A DNA stretch of 64,000 bases from positions 1 through 64,000 of the forward strand of contig UYFQ01000154.1 in NCBI GenBank assembly GCA_900617105.1, given 5' to 3'. A program made the position numbers and the translations under genes. Below, piece after piece: positions 59,901 through 64,000 of the stretch; position 1 is the stretch's first letter; every line of letters begins with the position of its first letter. This DNA is from Hydrurus foetidus. Its lineage: Eukaryota. Below the pieces are notes generated by a model. The model did no database searches, was not told the origin of the DNA, and saw only the letters and a program-made list of their open reading frames with translations.

Positions 59901-62900
59901 TACAACAATAGGTATTGTTGGAAAGATATGGAATGACAGAAATTGGTATGGCACTCTCAAACTCACTGAGAGGCGAAAGGAGGAAAGGAGTAGTTGGATT
60001 TAATCTTCCAAACGTGGTGAGTCAGATTTAAAATGGCAGATAGTGATAGTGTAAGAAGTGGTGCGTGAATATTAGTTGTGATAGTGTGTGGAGTGGTGTG
60101 TGAACTATGAATGCGATACTGTAATAATCTTAATGGAATTTTTTCGATTAGAATTGACTTGATTTGATTTCTTTATTTATTTGTTTGTTTATTTATTCAT
60201 CCACAATTCCGGTCTCTTAATTTTTTTGCACAAATCATCATCGAGTACTAATCCGAACCTATCTTATTTGTGATTTACAGAAATGTCGAATAGTGGATGA
60301 AAACGAGGTAGAGGTAGGGGAGAGCGAGGTAGAGGTATCAGGGGAATTAAGGATCAAAGTAAGTTCATTTTTATTGGATTTTCATGTTAGTAAAATTTGT
60401 TGCATTCAAAGTGATAAAGGAGATTAAATATCGATAATAACGGATTTGAGCTTCTTGTCAGCTCAGTTGAAACTGCTCCATTCTATGGGAGACTGACGGA
60501 ATAAATACATTCAAAATCAATAGAAAAGAGAATGAAAATTGCCCGTAGATGCTTTGCTTTGTCCAGGGAGGGTACATCTCAAGGCTCCTCGTTTATTCCA
60601 GGTCCACGTTAATCTGCATTCACCCCTATACACGACAATTAACTGTACCGTACTGAAAATGAAAACAGTACGGTACACTTAGTTGTTAATTGTCGTTTAT
60701 AGGGGTGGGTCCAGATTAAACGTGGACCTGGAATAAACGAGGAGCCTTGATCTTATCATATCTAATCGTCACTGCAAGTTTCTAATCGCTTAACTGCTCT
60801 CTTACTCTACCTAAATTATTCTCATTTATCAACAGCGATTCGTTTGAATATTTTCACTTTTATTCAGCATTATTTATTACACCTACACCCCTATTTTGAA
60901 ATGAATTTCTTGTATTTAGGGTCCGGGAATTTTTCGTGCGTACATCAACCTCCCCGAAGTCACATTGGAATCCTTCGATAAAGATGGATGGTTCAGAACA
61001 GGCACGGAGTTTATCTTTTCTCTTCTCCTCTCTTTTCTTCTCTTCTCTTCTTCTATTTTTTTACACTTCTGAAATGACGTTGTGTGTAACAACCTATACG
61101 CCACTTCCACATCTGAACAAAATACATTTTTGTGTCCGAATCAAACTATACAATACTACAGAGCACAACGCGACACAAACATAAAAACAATAACACACAA
61201 CACAACACAACACAACACAACATAACATAACATAACACGACACTAAACAATACAACACAACATAACGCAACACAACACAACACAACACAACACAACACAA
61301 CATAACACGACACTAAACAATACAACACAACACAACATAACATAACACGACACTAAACAATACAACACAACACAACACAACACAACACAACACAACACAA
61401 CACAACACAACACAACACAACACAACACAACATAACACGACACTAAACAATACAACACAACACAACATAACATAACACGACACTAAACAATACAACACAA
61501 CATAACGCAACACAACACAACACAACACAACATAACATAACACGACACTAAACAATACAATACAACACAACACAACATAACATAACATATCACGACACTA
61601 AACAATACAACACAACACAACACAACACAACACAACACAACACAACACAACATAACATAACATAACACGACACTAAACAATACAACACAACATAACGCAA
61701 CACAACACAACACAACACAACATAACATAACACGACACTAAACAATACAACACAACACAACACAACACAACACAACACAACACAACACAACATAACATAA
61801 CATAACACGACACTAAACAATACAACACAACATAACGCAACACAACACAAACATACATAAATATGAACATAAAAACAAACATAAAAACATACGAAATTCT
61901 TTCACAAAGGTGATGTTGCTGCACGTACACGTACGGGTGAATTCAGGTTGTTAGGAAGACAATCGTCTGACATCATTAAATGCAGTGGGTATAAATTGTC
62001 TGCCCTGGAAGTGGAGAGAGAAATACTGTCACATCCCCAGGTACGTATTAGATGCTATTTCAGATAATTAGATGTTTCATTTTTATAGTATCATTTTCGT
62101 GTAAATGAATTTTTAGATTTTGTTGCGATTTTTCTACATGTTCTGTTATGGCAGAGATTATTGCTGTCATCAGAGCTCTTTCCTCGTTATCTATTTTCTA
62201 TTTCACTGTCACCCCTATCTTCTTTTCTCCCAGATAATAACAACGATGTTTTCGCACAGGATTCTGTAAAAGTCAGAACCGTGTTTCGCAGCAATATTTC
62301 ACTGTTTTACACCCATATCCGTATACTTTCCGCGCCATTGTAACCCAATTAAAACCATGAACATTATCTTAAATTCCAAAATTACCGTTTTTCGCTCATA
62401 ACCGTATGATTGCAGATATCTGAGGCGATAGTGGTGGGTGTAGCCGATGAAACGTTGGGAGAAAAAGTAGTTGCTATTGTCACTTTGAGGGACCTAGAAC
62501 TCAAATTCCAGACCGCACAGGATGATACTGGTACGTACGTACGTTCACTGCGTTCATTTCTTTGTCATTTGTTCTAAGGTATTGTGCTTTTTTTACTGCG
62601 AAATCCATCTGCTATTAACCGAATGTGGCGGATGAAATTTCATGAAATGCTTCAATTTTTCCTATTTACGTTATTTCATTATGTAATAGTAGTCCATTCA
62701 TCAAACACTAATATCCGTATAAATCGAATTAGGTATTGTACTCCTCGAGAAAGGTAATACATTCCAAGCATTAAAAAGTCTCCGAACCTTTTTGAAAGAT
62801 CGGATGGCTCAGTACAAACAGCCACAGGAACTTTTTATCGTTGATAGTATTCCGAGAAATCATTTAGGAAAGGTATGAAAATAATTTAAAACAAATCATG

Positions 62901-63306
62901 CTTTATTTTTGTTGTTTTATATTGATGTCTGATATTTATGTCTCTGTTAAATATGACTAGAAAAAGGAATTTATTTCTTTTTGTGTGTTTATTAATTACT
63001 GTTGTGATATCTATATTCGTGTTTTTACTCTAATTATTTGTCCATCTTTACTGATTTCTAACGTCTTGCATAATTCTAATTTTCATTGCGATTCTTTCTT
63101 CTAGTTTCTACTATTATCTCATTTCTTAAACCAGTAACTACTTCATTAGTGTAATTCGAAATTCAAGGACTCGAGACTAGAAAAACAATTACTTAATTAT
63201 TTACATCAATTTTAAGTACAAATTTCCTCTAATGAACTTTTTCGCCTTGCCGATTTTTCAGGTCAATAAAAAAAGTATTTTACAAGATTTGAAATTAAAG
63301 CAATAG
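56901..63306 (+). CDS. Acyl-CoA synthetase, ACSF3/malonyl-CoA synthetase-like, multi-exon, with a probable mitochondrial presequence
   Basis: Motifs [100 protein letters not shown] and [12 protein letters not shown]. Stop TAG at 63304-63306. Confidence 0.92.
60580..60749. mobile_element. 170-bp foldback MITE in an intron
   Basis: 31-bp perfect TIRs (CAAGGCTCCTCGTTTATTCCAGGTCCACGTT), a largely palindromic interior and flanking ATCT direct repeats (60576-60579, 60750-60753). Confidence 0.85.
61190..61851. repeat. (CACAA/CATAA)n pentamer array in an intron
   Basis: Direct reading of the sequence. It explains the spurious VLCC-repeat ORFs on the minus strand. Confidence 0.98.
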
Positions 63307-64000
63307 CGATAGATCAACTGTAATATTTTTTTGCTGCAGTGTAATAATCTGCAATGTTTCCTCTTTTTTTCCTTCTTTTTTGTGCTTAAAAAATTCTAAT
63401 GATGAGAAAACTTTTTAAAAATTAAAAGTGCAAAATATTTCCTCACAAAAACTCTCCATGAATTACTAACTTGGAATATTTTTGGTACGAATATCTTCTG
63501 TCCGATTTTTGCCAGAAAAACATACAGAACAGAAAACAATGATGAAAATGAAGAAAAACAAAACAAAATATAACAAATCAAATCATTACCGGGCATGTAT
63601 GAAATTTAAAAAATGAATGTAGGAAACTTGTTTCTAAAATTTCCGGGTTGACAAAATGACTGTTGTTTTTTCCTTTTAAAATTTCAAATTTATTCTTGAA
63701 AAAGATTCGTAAAAAGATTCGCAAATGGTGGGTTAGAAAATGAATACTTACCCGACCTTCTTTTTCTCTTTATATGAATAAGTTGAGATAAGATAAATGG
63801 CAGAGACGAAATAGATGAAATGGACTTTAATTGTAATGCAAAATATGATTTATATAATGAAATTAATTATATTTTATATTTGAATATGATGATGGGCGCA
63901 CATAAACGATATAACAAATAATGTCAATAATAACTTTCTTGCGTAAATTGATAATTCTTCGGTTTTCTATATTCAATTATTTTGTATCACTGGTATAAAT

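Overview
This is eukaryotic nuclear DNA, most likely from an intron-rich protist. A stramenopile/ochrophyte origin is my inference and cannot be proven from the window. From left to right it holds: (1) a complete, young Ty3/Gypsy chromovirus on the minus strand (1-6179, 273-bp LTRs differing at 2 positions) directly abutting a 154-bp satellite; (2) a ~47-exon RNA polymerase III largest-subunit gene (RPC1) whose first exons are interleaved with degraded satellite, probably a noisy or chimeric assembly; (3) peroxisomal glycolate/hydroxyacid oxidase, a DUS1-like tRNA-dihydrouridine synthase, a CDF metal transporter and an AP-1 sigma subunit; (4) a ~5-kb tandem duplication carrying divergent histone H4/H3 genes with 3' stem-loops, an RsmI-like rRNA methyltransferase and an unknown gene; (5) two tRNA-Gly(TCC) genes in a 667-bp near-perfect inverted repeat; (6) a Lys/Glu-rich protein gene and an ACSF3-like acyl-CoA synthetase with a foldback MITE in one intron. 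I found no demonstrably new multi-gene system. The best leads are the retroelement lacking a tRNA primer-binding site, its satellite context, the histone stem-loops and H4 Y88H variant, and the homogenised tRNA palindrome. All alignments and splice models were made by eye.
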